From sequence record MN871444.1: a stretch of DNA of 64,000 bases. The stretch is one strand, 5' to 3'. Positions 9,518 to 18,510 of the stretch are shown in pieces (the stretch's first letter is position 1; every line of letters starts with the position of its first letter). Under the pieces are notes generated by a model, which saw only the letters and a program-made list of their open reading frames with translations, searched no databases and was not told where the DNA came from. Made by a program: the position numbers and the translations under genes.

Positions 9518-9564
9518 AGGTGAATAAGGACCACTAGACCATCTGACATTACGGAGTAATTGAC

Positions 9565-10050
9565 ATGAGCATGATCGATTTTTTACTTGAGCAAAATTAT
9601 CAAGTTACAGTTACTAAAGACCGCGTGGTATTAAAAACACCCGATGGCAAAAATAAAACCATCAATCATAACGGGGACTACGATTCAGCTATTCGTGAAT
9701 GGCTATCTACCCAAGAAGTCATGGGTCCGGAAATCGCAGCAATCGTCGACCATGTAAAGCACATGTTAGAAGATGGAGGACATTCCTCGAGCGCCACATT
9801 CGAATATAAAGAGGCATTATGCCTAGTCAACATACCGACTACCCATAAACCGCGAGCTGTGGAAGACGGTATTAAAATTACCGTACAAACAAACATGCGG
9901 GTGTTAGACGACACCACGTATGAACCACGTCTTGAGGAAATTATCTCGGCGATAAGTAACACGGCCTGCGATTATACCTGCGTGATTAACAAATTGCCTA
10001 CCGTCGTAGGTGGTACGTATCGTTTCGAATGCATTTTTAAGAAAAACTAA
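9565..10050 (+). CDS. hypothetical protein, shared N-terminal module (copy 1)
   Basis: GGAG SD; LLEQNYQVT...KTPDG..KT...GDYDSAI. Confidence 0.75.
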   Translation: MSMIDFLLEQNYQVTVTKDRVVLKTPDGKNKTINHNGDYDSAIREWLSTQEVMGPEIAAIVDHVKHMLEDGGHSSSATFEYKEALCLVNIPTTHKPRAVEDGIKITVQTNMRVLDDTTYEPRLEEIISAISNTACDYTCVINKLPTVVGGTYRFECIFKKN

Positions 10051-10071
10051 CTAGTTATGAGGATTAAAGAA

Positions 10072-10509
10072 ATGACACTGCAAGATAAAATGAACAAACT
10101 GTTTGCTGCCGGTTTTACTATCACCACTGATGGGAAGAAAACAACGTTTACCAAAACGGTGGAAGGTGACTTAAATGATGCGATCGACAATCTTCTGAAT
10201 ACGGGTTTCGTACAAACGAATTCTCCAATCTATGAGGTGCTTTGGGATAATTATTGTTCAGCATTAGTACCTTGCATAAAACAGTTGTTTGGTAGCAAAC
10301 ACGAGACAGCGCCAACGTTCGAGTTTACTTGTAAGTTTGGGTGTTACGAGGCCCTCCGTAGAGGTGATTTGGTTTACCTAATAAATAAATTTCCTACCGC
10401 TTACGACAGTGAAAAGCAATTTGCCGAGGAACTACACAGAGTGTTACCGTCAGAGTACTATATTGCTGATATTATCAATAACACCATCCGTATTGCGCAG
10501 GCGGCATAA
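10072..10509 (+). CDS. hypothetical protein, shared N-terminal module (copy 2)
   Basis: GAGG SD; NKLFAAGFTIT...KTVEGDLNDAI. Confidence 0.75.
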   Translation: MTLQDKMNKLFAAGFTITTDGKKTTFTKTVEGDLNDAIDNLLNTGFVQTNSPIYEVLWDNYCSALVPCIKQLFGSKHETAPTFEFTCKFGCYEALRRGDLVYLINKFPTAYDSEKQFAEELHRVLPSEYYIADIINNTIRIAQAA

Positions 10510-10533
10510 AAGGGAGGGGCTAACCACCCCTCC
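10501..10533. terminator. hairpin with minus-strand TATGCCGC tail overlapping the stop codon
   Basis: GCGGCATAA-AA-GGGAGGGG-CTAACCA-CCCCTCCC. Confidence 0.7.
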
Positions 10534-10726
10534 CGGTTTTACGAACGTTTCGCATCCCGACACATTAGTCGGCACCGCAGTTCCAGTTTCACGACAACCA
10601 CGTACATTACGCCAGAACAACAGCAATCTCGGTGAAAGCTAGGTTCGGCTAACTCACACCTCAGCATACTACTGCTGATTAGTGTAATTTTTAACAGATA
10701 ATCTCAACAATAGAGAGACATCAAAA

Positions 10727-11224
10727 ATGAACAATCAATTATTTAATCAGCTTCTTAATCGCGGATACCGCATTACTTTTACGAGCAGTCAGGTCATGTA
10801 CACGACCCCCGAAGGAGTTTCCAAAACACTCCAATATGCTGGGGACCCGGATGACACGCTACAGGCAATCTCTAACGGGTTGGAAAATAAAATCCCCGAT
10901 GAGGCAACACTGGGGCTTTGGAATCAGATTGTGGGTAACTTTAAAAACCCGTGGGCGGCGGTTCTTCAACTTACCTGTCCATTGGATGGTGGTCTGGTCA
11001 AAGTAGGTCCGATTCAGCCGCTATCACAAATAAAAGATTTGAGTATTGTTTTTGAAAATGTCAGTAACGTTCGAACTCATGGCGACGCACTGATTCAACA
11101 GTTACAATTAAATGGCATTCAAACCGCCTGGGTATTGCATGCCCAATACCCGACACTGTTAGCAATGACTAGTGGGTTTTGCCCAACCGGTAATTCATCC
11201 GGCATGCCGTTTGGCGTATATTAA
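10727..11224 (+). CDS. hypothetical protein, shared N-terminal module (copy 3)
   Basis: NQLLNRGYRIT...TTPEGVSKT...GDPDDTL. Confidence 0.75.
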   Translation: MNNQLFNQLLNRGYRITFTSSQVMYTTPEGVSKTLQYAGDPDDTLQAISNGLENKIPDEATLGLWNQIVGNFKNPWAAVLQLTCPLDGGLVKVGPIQPLSQIKDLSIVFENVSNVRTHGDALIQQLQLNGIQTAWVLHAQYPTLLAMTSGFCPTGNSSGMPFGVY

Positions 11225-11238
11225 AACAGGATTAACAA

Positions 11239-12048
11239 ATGACTACTGAATTCATCAACAAACTTATTGCGGCCGGTTTTGATGTACAAACACAAAACCA
11301 CGGCACTACGGTAACAGTTAGTTATACCCAGACTGGTTCGTCTCTCGATTCTAATCTAAAAGAAATCGAAGAAAAATTCAAGTTGGTCAATGGTGACAAT
11401 ACCCCTGTCGATTTTTATTCAGGTGTAACCACTCTGATTAAAGAGGCGCAGACTAATCCCAATGTAGCAAAAATTATTCGTGACCACACCCACGGGGAAT
11501 CCAATGACGCGGTTATTGCCGGTGACTGTGACTACATAGCCACATCACTACGTTCAGGGGCGGACGCCAACAATGTTATCACCATTGGTTCCCGGGAATG
11601 GTTTATAGCTGGTAGGAATAATGAGTATCGACTGACTATAAATCCCGACAGCACAATATCGATTGATGAAATGCTGCTGGTTCGGGATGCCCTGAACGCC
11701 CATCTAGGTGAACCGTGGATAGTTGTCTTCGTCAATCGCGTACATGGCATCGAAATCATCAAACCCGACTATCATGCCATGTTCTTTACCAATCTAATCA
11801 ATGCGCTACCGCATTATGAATCGCTGTCTTTTACTATCTTTGGAACGAAATGGACATTATGCCAAAGGGATGAAAAATATCTTTTCCAGCCCAGCCAACT
11901 CTCCACATTGGAGCCCGGAGGGGTGGTTGATGCAGTACATACTGCCATCCAGCGCGAATTAGAGTCAAGTGGGCTATACGAGGTTGGCCTCATTTGTACT
12001 CCGCTCGGGCCGTGCATTGATGTAGTCAAAAAAGAGAGCACTAAATGA
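11239..12048 (+). CDS. hypothetical protein, shared N-terminal module (copy 4)
   Basis: AGGA SD; NKLIAAGFDVQT. Confidence 0.75.
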   Translation: MTTEFINKLIAAGFDVQTQNHGTTVTVSYTQTGSSLDSNLKEIEEKFKLVNGDNTPVDFYSGVTTLIKEAQTNPNVAKIIRDHTHGESNDAVIAGDCDYIATSLRSGADANNVITIGSREWFIAGRNNEYRLTINPDSTISIDEMLLVRDALNAHLGEPWIVVFVNRVHGIEIIKPDYHAMFFTNLINALPHYESLSFTIFGTKWTLCQRDEKYLFQPSQLSTLEPGGVVDAVHTAIQRELESSGLYEVGLICTPLGPCIDVVKKESTK

Positions 12049-12320
12049 AATCGATTAAAGTTACTCGTGGTGAATACCACAACGAAGGAAAGAATGCTGC
12101 GGCCATCGCCGAAATGTTTGGCGTAACGCCAGATCGCTTTGAGGCCTTTTGTCGTCGGGGTCATTTCATTAAACCCTTCGGCGTATTACCTAATACCGAC
12201 ATGCCGGGTTGGCGTACCCTCGATGTACTGAAATGGGCGGCCAATCAAGCTGGCGTTAATCTCGGTACCGCAATCAAAAAATATGAGGCAGGTAAACTGC
12301 GTCAACTCATCACTCTTTAA
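12045..12320 (+). CDS. Xis/AlpA-like winged-helix DNA-binding protein
   Basis: IAEMFGVT..F.....GHF.KP......GWR..DV..W pattern. Confidence 0.65.
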   Translation: MKSIKVTRGEYHNEGKNAAAIAEMFGVTPDRFEAFCRRGHFIKPFGVLPNTDMPGWRTLDVLKWAANQAGVNLGTAIKKYEAGKLRQLITL

Positions 12321-12335
12321 CTCAAAAGGTACGCT

Positions 12336-12512
12336 ATGGAATCTTTGGATAAAATCACCATTAAGCAGTTAGCGACTCATCTGGGCATCAGCGTTTCCAC
12401 CGTGCGTAATCGACTGTCGAAGGGAAAACTCCCTAACCCAACTGAACGACGCGGTGATCAGTTGTTCTGGAATAAGTATGATTTACTGGGTTGGGGGATT
12501 GATATCCAATGA
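12336..12512 (+). CDS. AlpA/excisionase-like HTH protein, 58 aa (below the ORF-track cutoff)
   Basis: MESLDKITIKQLATHLGISVSTVRNRLSKGKLPNPTERRGDQLFWNKYDLLGWGIDIQ; AAGG SD; TGA overlaps the next ATG. Confidence 0.8.
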   Translation: MESLDKITIKQLATHLGISVSTVRNRLSKGKLPNPTERRGDQLFWNKYDLLGWGIDIQ

Positions 12513-12940
12513 CGCTTTTAATTAGGCACGGCGCTGGCACTGATGTTGTATTAAATTACAACACGCCGGACCGCATGTTTCAAGTAATCATGGAAGAGTC
12601 TGATGCGGGCGATGTGGTTTTCAAAACCGACAATCGGTTGCGGTGCTATAATTACCCGTCAACCGTGTCCTTCGGCGAGAAGGCACTTATTCAACAAGCA
12701 CTGGATGAATGCGTTCATTATGAAGGGTTAGGTGTCCCGCAATTCATCTGCCACTCTCTCGATGCGGGTGGCATAAAGCTTGAACGATTCCCTTCAAGTC
12801 TTTTGACTGCGTATTGGTCGGTATTTGACGTCAACCTTGTGGTTATCGTCAATTACAGTCATTACGATGCTGATGGTATTGTTGAGCCGTCATTGGCGGG
12901 TCGACTAAATACTTTACTGAAACCCCACTTTATTATGTAA
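12509..12940 (+). CDS. hypothetical protein
   Basis: ATGA overlap with the upstream gene. Confidence 0.7.
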   Translation: MTLLIRHGAGTDVVLNYNTPDRMFQVIMEESDAGDVVFKTDNRLRCYNYPSTVSFGEKALIQQALDECVHYEGLGVPQFICHSLDAGGIKLERFPSSLLTAYWSVFDVNLVVIVNYSHYDADGIVEPSLAGRLNTLLKPHFIM

Positions 12941-12945
12941 TTTGT

Positions 12946-12978
12946 AAGGGTAGGGATGTCCCTACCCTTCTATGCTGT
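12946..12978 (+). terminator. hairpin + TATGCTGT tail
   Basis: AAGGGTAGGG-ATGT-CCCTACCCTT-C-TATGCTGT. Confidence 0.75.
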
Positions 12979-12995
12979 TAAAAGGAAATCTTACT

Positions 12996-13442
12996 ATGCA
13001 CGTGAAACTTGTTGAAAAACCAGTAAGCGTTAAGAAAGCCTATTACGCACTGATGGTGCGCAGCGCCAATAACCGGGTCGCCAAACACCAGTATGTGATT
13101 GTCCAAATCACAGACGTCCCTAAAGATGCTAATTTGGCATCTATTTATCTGGAGTTTAACCAACATCCGGATAAACCAAAAGGCTATACGACCGACGCCA
13201 CTAAATTCGGGTTGGCTACCATCTTGCCAGTACCGGGGTTATCGTGCGCTGCACTGTATATCGGCATGACCGAGGTCGCTCGCATTTATAGTCAGCCCAC
13301 CATCGGTTCTACTGCAGTGGACTTGGCAATCAAAACCCTCTATATGACCCCAGCACCAAATATGGCGCTGAGACCAAATGCCATTGAACAACTAGCCGCA
13401 TTGGGTGCTTTAGTTGCTCCAGGTGCCGTGTGGCGTTTTTAA
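12996..13442 (+). CDS. hypothetical protein
   Basis: AAGGA SD before ATG 12996. Confidence 0.7.
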   Translation: MHVKLVEKPVSVKKAYYALMVRSANNRVAKHQYVIVQITDVPKDANLASIYLEFNQHPDKPKGYTTDATKFGLATILPVPGLSCAALYIGMTEVARIYSQPTIGSTAVDLAIKTLYMTPAPNMALRPNAIEQLAALGALVAPGAVWRF

Positions 13443-13468
13443 TATCTTACCTTACTGAGGATAGTACC

Positions 13469-13591
13469 ATGACTAAAGTACAGCATCTTGCGATTTGGAA
13501 TACTGTGGCCTGGATTGTTTTAGCCGCCCTGGTGACAGGGGTGTGGCATGCATACCCCTACGTCGTCGCTGCATTAAAATACTTGTTCTAA
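13469..13591 (+). CDS. 40 aa membrane peptide (below the ORF-track cutoff)
   Basis: MTKVQHLAIWNTVAWIVLAALVTGVWHAYPYVVAALKYLF; GAGGA SD; terminator at 13606-13632 follows. Confidence 0.65.
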   Translation: MTKVQHLAIWNTVAWIVLAALVTGVWHAYPYVVAALKYLF

Positions 13592-13672
13592 TAATACGAG
13601 ATCCGTAAGGGGGTAGGCATTAGCCTACCCCCTCGACCAGCTCTTTAATTTTTTATTTTTTTGGAGCCTAAC

Positions 13673-14188
13673 ATGCACCAATTCGTATTAGTGGGTGGGC
13701 AGTGGGTGCCCGTCAGGTCAGACGCCATGCAAGCTATGAATGATGCCTGTTCGACAGCGGGGCAAGTACTCAGAACGGATACGTCAGCGACGCCAGTTAA
13801 ATTTTCCGGTGGGTTCATCGTCAACGAACTAAGTATCGTGGTTAATTCGACAGAATTGGCGGCACAGCAGACGGTTAACGCAGCGTCAGATTTAATTTCT
13901 CCGGTCATTAACATTCAAACGAACAGTGTTTATAAGTATAACACTACCACCTCAACCTGGGCCATCGACGCCACTGACTCTATCGCCAATTACCTGTCCC
14001 CAGGACTACACTACCATAATGACACCACAGGTCGGTTGTTTTTTGCTTTGGATAATACTTCCCTGGTGTATATTGGTAACCGGGGCGTCGCAGCTGCGAC
14101 GGATGCTGAAGCCATCGCCGGTACCCGAACGGATGTCGCCATCACTTCCACCCAAGCAAAACTGGCTTGGACTACCTGGGGGGTATAA
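13673..14188 (+). CDS. fibre/decoration-like paralogue 1
   Basis: VYKY..STW, PG.HY and a C-terminal ATDAEAIAGT repeat. Confidence 0.7.
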   Translation: MHQFVLVGGQWVPVRSDAMQAMNDACSTAGQVLRTDTSATPVKFSGGFIVNELSIVVNSTELAAQQTVNAASDLISPVINIQTNSVYKYNTTTSTWAIDATDSIANYLSPGLHYHNDTTGRLFFALDNTSLVYIGNRGVAAATDAEAIAGTRTDVAITSTQAKLAWTTWGV

Positions 14189-14193
14189 TACTC

Positions 14194-14697
14194 ATGCCTG
14201 TTTATAAATCGATTAAATATGGCTCTTCGTTTATTTCGGTCAGTTCGGATACGCTCGCGCCACTAAATGCGTTGTATGCGACCAGAACATACGGGCTATT
14301 GTTTAAAGATAATAGTTTGTCTTTTCTGCAATATACCCCAGAACGGTTGTACAATACCGCACCCTACGTGGTTGATACGGCATCTGAATTGAGTGCGGTC
14401 CAAGCTGCGGCAACCACAGGTTATATTGTCAACATGAACACCGCAGAAGTATACACCTATAGTGGTGGGAGTTGGACAATATCGACCGATAACACGTTGT
14501 ATTTGTCTCTGATTAAGCCTGGGCGGTTATATCGCAATACCGTGACTAAATTCACGTTCTATGCGAATGCTAACCAAACTCTGTTTAAAATGTTGGGCGT
14601 CGATCGAGGGATGGCGTCACAGACAGACGTAACTAACGGTACTGGCACCCAATGGGTATCACCACTAACATTGGCCAACGCACACAGGAGCTGGTAA
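14194..14697 (+). CDS. fibre/decoration-like paralogue 2
   Basis: VYTYSGGSW, IKPGRLY, ASQTDVTNGT..VSPLTL. Confidence 0.7.
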   Translation: MPVYKSIKYGSSFISVSSDTLAPLNALYATRTYGLLFKDNSLSFLQYTPERLYNTAPYVVDTASELSAVQAAATTGYIVNMNTAEVYTYSGGSWTISTDNTLYLSLIKPGRLYRNTVTKFTFYANANQTLFKMLGVDRGMASQTDVTNGTGTQWVSPLTLANAHRSW

Positions 14698-14700
14698 GTC

Positions 14701-15186
14701 ATGGCTGAGATTAATGAATTCGTTAAGTATGGTAGTGGTCGCCAGCAAGTTATTTCTCCGGATACTTCGGGTCTGAATGCTTTGGCCACGACCAATCATT
14801 CTGCGGTTATCACGGGAACCAGTTCTGTTACCCCAATAGCGCTCACCGATATTGCTGACGACCTGCTTATTGTCCCCGCTTCTGGGGTTACAGCAGCTCA
14901 ATCTGGAAATGAAGACTTCGTGGATGCCGACAACCTTTTACTCTACGTTTATGCCAGTTCTGGTTGGAGTACGGTTGCATTGCCTACGGCGTCCATTCGT
15001 CCGGGGAAACATTTCTATAGCACCACATCGAAAAATATCTACTACTATGACCCTGCAACTGCTGGCATGGTTTTGATTGCCTCTATGACTCCGGAGTTTG
15101 CGACAACTACGGATATCACTGCAGGCAGCGCAGGTAATTTACTCATTTCCCCTTACCTGTTGCGTTATGCGTACGACCATCGTTAA
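14701..15186 (+). CDS. fibre/decoration-like paralogue 3
   Basis: LYVYASSGW, IRPGKHFY, ATTTDITAGS..ISPYLL. Confidence 0.7.
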   Translation: MAEINEFVKYGSGRQQVISPDTSGLNALATTNHSAVITGTSSVTPIALTDIADDLLIVPASGVTAAQSGNEDFVDADNLLLYVYASSGWSTVALPTASIRPGKHFYSTTSKNIYYYDPATAGMVLIASMTPEFATTTDITAGSAGNLLISPYLLRYAYDHR

Positions 15187-15206
15187 TCCCGCGTAGGAGT
15201 TATCCC

Positions 15207-15815
15207 ATGACTGACATCAGTAATCAATACAGACCTATGGGCATTACCGTAATCAACCCACATACCGAATATCGATATTTTGAGGTGGGTGGGTATCCAC
15301 TAATGTTAGTTATGCGTGATGGGATTGCCGTAGGGCAATTAGAGTTTGATGTGCTGCCTCCGTTTGGTGAATATACCCGCGTAGTATTAGATCCTAGCGG
15401 TGAAGGAAACTTCACAATCATGTTTATGTCATGGATGCACTTGGACGAAGGGGCTTTAGACGAAGATGAGTTGTGTGCCGCCGAACTTCATTTCATGGAC
15501 CTGCTGGGATACCCTGAAGATGCTCCGACCTATGCAGGGCATTTGGACTGGGCCTTTGCCTCACCCAGTGAAGCCATCATCTATGTTATCGAAAACCCCG
15601 ACGACCCAGAGTGTATCGGTTCGCTGATTATGAAGTATGAAGTTCAAAACACAGACGTCCACATGTTTTATCAGCCTGCTAAGAAATGGATACCCTCGTT
15701 CATGATGGAGGTTAATTCTACCAACACATTGCGCGGCTGGTGTGTCAACACGGCCAGCCAAATTCAAGATTTAGCCGTAATGCATTTTCCCGGTAGTGGG
15801 GAAACCATTCACTAA
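15207..15815 (+). CDS. hypothetical acidic protein
   Basis: AGGAG SD, 202 aa. Confidence 0.7.
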   Translation: MTDISNQYRPMGITVINPHTEYRYFEVGGYPLMLVMRDGIAVGQLEFDVLPPFGEYTRVVLDPSGEGNFTIMFMSWMHLDEGALDEDELCAAELHFMDLLGYPEDAPTYAGHLDWAFASPSEAIIYVIENPDDPECIGSLIMKYEVQNTDVHMFYQPAKKWIPSFMMEVNSTNTLRGWCVNTASQIQDLAVMHFPGSGETIH

Positions 15816-16162
15816 ATCCGGCGGGGTGCAGGGTATAATTTCGTATAACAGATCTAAAAGGGTAAACCTATAACGTGGTTATTTTTATAAAAATAAAACG
15901 TTATGGCTTTTTCAATCCTGGGAGAGCTTTTGCTCTCCCATTTATTTTGTCTTCCCTAAGTCATAAAAAAATACTTCGCTTATATATAGAGTGAGCCGCT
16001 ATGCGAGCGAACGATAAAGACCCTTAGAAATAAGGCCGTTATCCGAAAACACCCAAAGGGTTTTCGGGGGAAAGGGGGTTTAAGAAATTGGGAAGGGAAA
16101 GGATTGTTAAGGAAAGGGGAACCTTTTTGATCGTATTTATTCATTGAGGGGGGTAATACGCC
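15816..16162. other. structured non-coding locus (palindromes, TA repeat, G-tracts)
   Basis: palindrome TATTTTTATAAAAATA inside ATAACGT/ACGTTAT arms (15870-15904); hairpins 15919-15940 and 16043-16067; G-runs 16066-16119. Confidence 0.55.
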
Positions 16163-16510
16163 ATGTATTCTAGATTTATTGAAGCGGATAACAAATGGGA
16201 TTTTCTTAAATCCATGCCTGAGGTGGTAGAGATCTTACCAACAGACTCCCAAACTAGGGCCCGATGGTATACTGACGTTAAATTGTTTACGACAGACCTT
16301 ATTGGTGGATATACCCAAAACCCATGCCTGGTCATTCCTGCGATGAAGTATCCAGTTTTTGAAGCGAAACGAGGGAAATTTTTAAGAGAATACTTTAACC
16401 TTCGTTTTGTTCAAGTAGGGAACTTATGCGTTATTACTACCTGCGCCAGTGATTATCCGCCCACTTACTTTTGCGATGTCAGTGAGCGTTGGAAACAATT
16501 ACATCACTAA
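16163..16510 (+). CDS. hypothetical protein
   Basis: GAGGGGGG SD, 115 aa. Confidence 0.65.
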   Translation: MYSRFIEADNKWDFLKSMPEVVEILPTDSQTRARWYTDVKLFTTDLIGGYTQNPCLVIPAMKYPVFEAKRGKFLREYFNLRFVQVGNLCVITTCASDYPPTYFCDVSERWKQLHH

Positions 16511-16550
16511 CAGCATAAAAGAGAGGCCGTCGAGCCTCTCCCTATGCCGT
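16510..16550. terminator. bidirectional hairpin with TATGYYG tails
   Basis: ACAGCATA..GAGAGGC..GCCTCTC..TATGCCGT between convergent genes. Confidence 0.8.
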
Positions 16551-17393
16551 CTATCGTTGGGTACCCATGAAATTACGAATGTGTTTGACATGTGCAGACT
16601 GGGATTGCATCATGGCAACTTTGTACCAGGTATTTTTCAGGTAATCTTTGTAATTTTGGTTAGCGTCACTATAACCTTCAATAACGCTTTTAAAGATACC
16701 AAAATCAAAACCACCGACGATTTCACCTTCGTTAAGTTTAACGATAAGGTGTTTATAGATAAACGCTTTAGTCGCATATTCGACCAGTTGCGCAAACTCG
16801 CCATACACCGCAGGTCGAAGGGTGGACAATTCGTCATCGTAAGACAACCAGCAGAATAGCCAACACCGGTCAGGGATACGTACCTGGTCTTCTACCAGCA
16901 CGGTATTCACGTTTACCAGAGATACGCGCGCAGTCCCGACAATCGGCATGTTTGCATAAGCGTTCCACAATGCAGCACCGGTCACCAACACCCCGGCATT
17001 ACCGGACCCTTTCTGTTGCATTTGGTCAAACCACGGGTTATAGTTAGAATACGCGATGGAATAACCATAGCCGTAGGATACCGATTCTGGAGAAATGATT
17101 TGGCGCCCTTGGAGGTATTCTGACGGGATGATGTACAAACTGCTACGCTCGTCAGGGATTTCTCGCGGAATGTTTGTAAGGTTGATTAAGGCCCTTTCAG
17201 AGTACTTTAAGTTAATGTCTCGCATCACCCTGGAGCGAATCACTTTAGTCTCAATGAAGTGATCGATGTCTGGGACGACGTGAGAAAACAATCGGACATT
17301 ATCCAGGAAAGCACGCTCCAGGATTTCCTCGGGGATGTCTGAATTATGTAAGCTATTTAAGGCGTAGCTAATCGCCGACGAAGTGGCTGGCAT
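16551..17393 (-). CDS. conserved jumbo-phage protein divergent from phuZ (possibly structural)
   Basis: 280 aa, AGGAGG SD; position and sequence style typical of phiKZ-like core genes. Confidence 0.75.
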   Translation of the reverse strand: MPATSSAISYALNSLHNSDIPEEILERAFLDNVRLFSHVVPDIDHFIETKVIRSRVMRDINLKYSERALINLTNIPREIPDERSSLYIIPSEYLQGRQIISPESVSYGYGYSIAYSNYNPWFDQMQQKGSGNAGVLVTGAALWNAYANMPIVGTARVSLVNVNTVLVEDQVRIPDRCWLFCWLSYDDELSTLRPAVYGEFAQLVEYATKAFIYKHLIVKLNEGEIVGGFDFGIFKSVIEGYSDANQNYKDYLKNTWYKVAMMQSQSAHVKHIRNFMGTQR

Positions 17394-17486
17394 AGAAGCC
17401 TCCTGGCGTTGGTAAAAAAATTACGTGATGGGATGACAGTATGTCGTTGCACCACATTTTAACTAGACTATTAGGGACCACTACAA

Positions 17487-18458
17487 ATGACTGAACGCAC
17501 TCTTTCCTTGTATGGCGCCGGCGGCGCTGGTAGTAACCAGGTAAAACCGTTTATTGGTGTAAGCACCCTACCGGGTTACGCCAAAATGGCCTGTACTCTT
17601 ATCGACACCAGTGATAGCAATATCACCGATGGCGTACCGGAAGAAAACGTATTTATCCTGGACGGCGTGGATGGCTCCGGTAAAGTTCGCGCCCAGAACT
17701 ACGAAGTTATTCTCAACACCACGCGGCAGATTCTCCTGCAACATCCTTTTGGTGACGTTGCAGTTATCGTATTCTCCGCAAGCGGCGGCTCCGGCTCAGT
17801 ATTCGCGCCAATCATCATGCAGGAAGCAATTGCTAAGGGCATTCCTATCATCGGTATTGTTATTGGCACTCACGGTACCGCTAAAGAAGCAGAGAACACG
17901 GTTAATACGCTGAAATCCATGGACAACATGGCGCGTAAAAACGGCGTACCTTTCGTAATCATTTACGAACGCAATCGCCGCGATTACGGTCGCAAAAAAG
18001 TAGATGAAGCAATCCGTGCGGCCATCCTGCAAATTTCATTGCTGGTTGGCACCATGAACAATAACTCCGGCCTGGATAGCGCCGATATTAAAAACTGGGT
18101 TTATTTCCAGTCGGTGACTGATGTTCCGGCACAGCTTGCCTTGCTGGACATTATCCTTAACGAAGACAGTGCCAAAGATATCAGCGATCCTATTTCGGTA
18201 GCCAGCATCTACGATGAAGGTCACGATGCTGAATTCCCGTTTGCCTCGGATTACGGCTGCGAAGGCTTTAAAGCCAGCGGGATTGCCCCGGAACACAAAG
18301 AAGTTCATTTCGTGATTTCTATCAGCGACGTCCCTCAACTGTTCGGTATGGAAAAAGAACAAGTTGACCGCTACCGTGAAGTTAAAAACTCCAGGGTGGT
18401 TCAATCATCGCTCACGGATAAGAACGATAAAACCACCGATGACGGCATGGTTCTTTAA
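17487..18458 (+). CDS. phuZ: tubulin-like spindle protein PhuZ
   Basis: GAGGAGSN, IDTS, tubulin signature ASGGSGS, C-terminal DDGMVL tail. Confidence 0.95.
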   Translation: MTERTLSLYGAGGAGSNQVKPFIGVSTLPGYAKMACTLIDTSDSNITDGVPEENVFILDGVDGSGKVRAQNYEVILNTTRQILLQHPFGDVAVIVFSASGGSGSVFAPIIMQEAIAKGIPIIGIVIGTHGTAKEAENTVNTLKSMDNMARKNGVPFVIIYERNRRDYGRKKVDEAIRAAILQISLLVGTMNNNSGLDSADIKNWVYFQSVTDVPAQLALLDIILNEDSAKDISDPISVASIYDEGHDAEFPFASDYGCEGFKASGIAPEHKEVHFVISISDVPQLFGMEKEQVDRYREVKNSRVVQSSLTDKNDKTTDDGMVL

Positions 18459-18475
18459 AACGCAATATAAACCAC

Positions 18476-18510
18476 AGGGAGAGGCGTTTAGCCTCTCCCT
18501 TTTATGTTGT
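18476..18510 (+). terminator. hairpin + TATGTTGT tail
   Basis: AGGGAGAGGC-GTTTA-GCCTCTCCCT-TT-TATGTTGT. Confidence 0.8.

Noticed and set aside
12045-12512. Evidence of a temperate lifestyle from the Xis-like genes
   Set aside because: No integrase, repressor or att-like context in the window; the core genes are those of lytic nucleus-forming phages.
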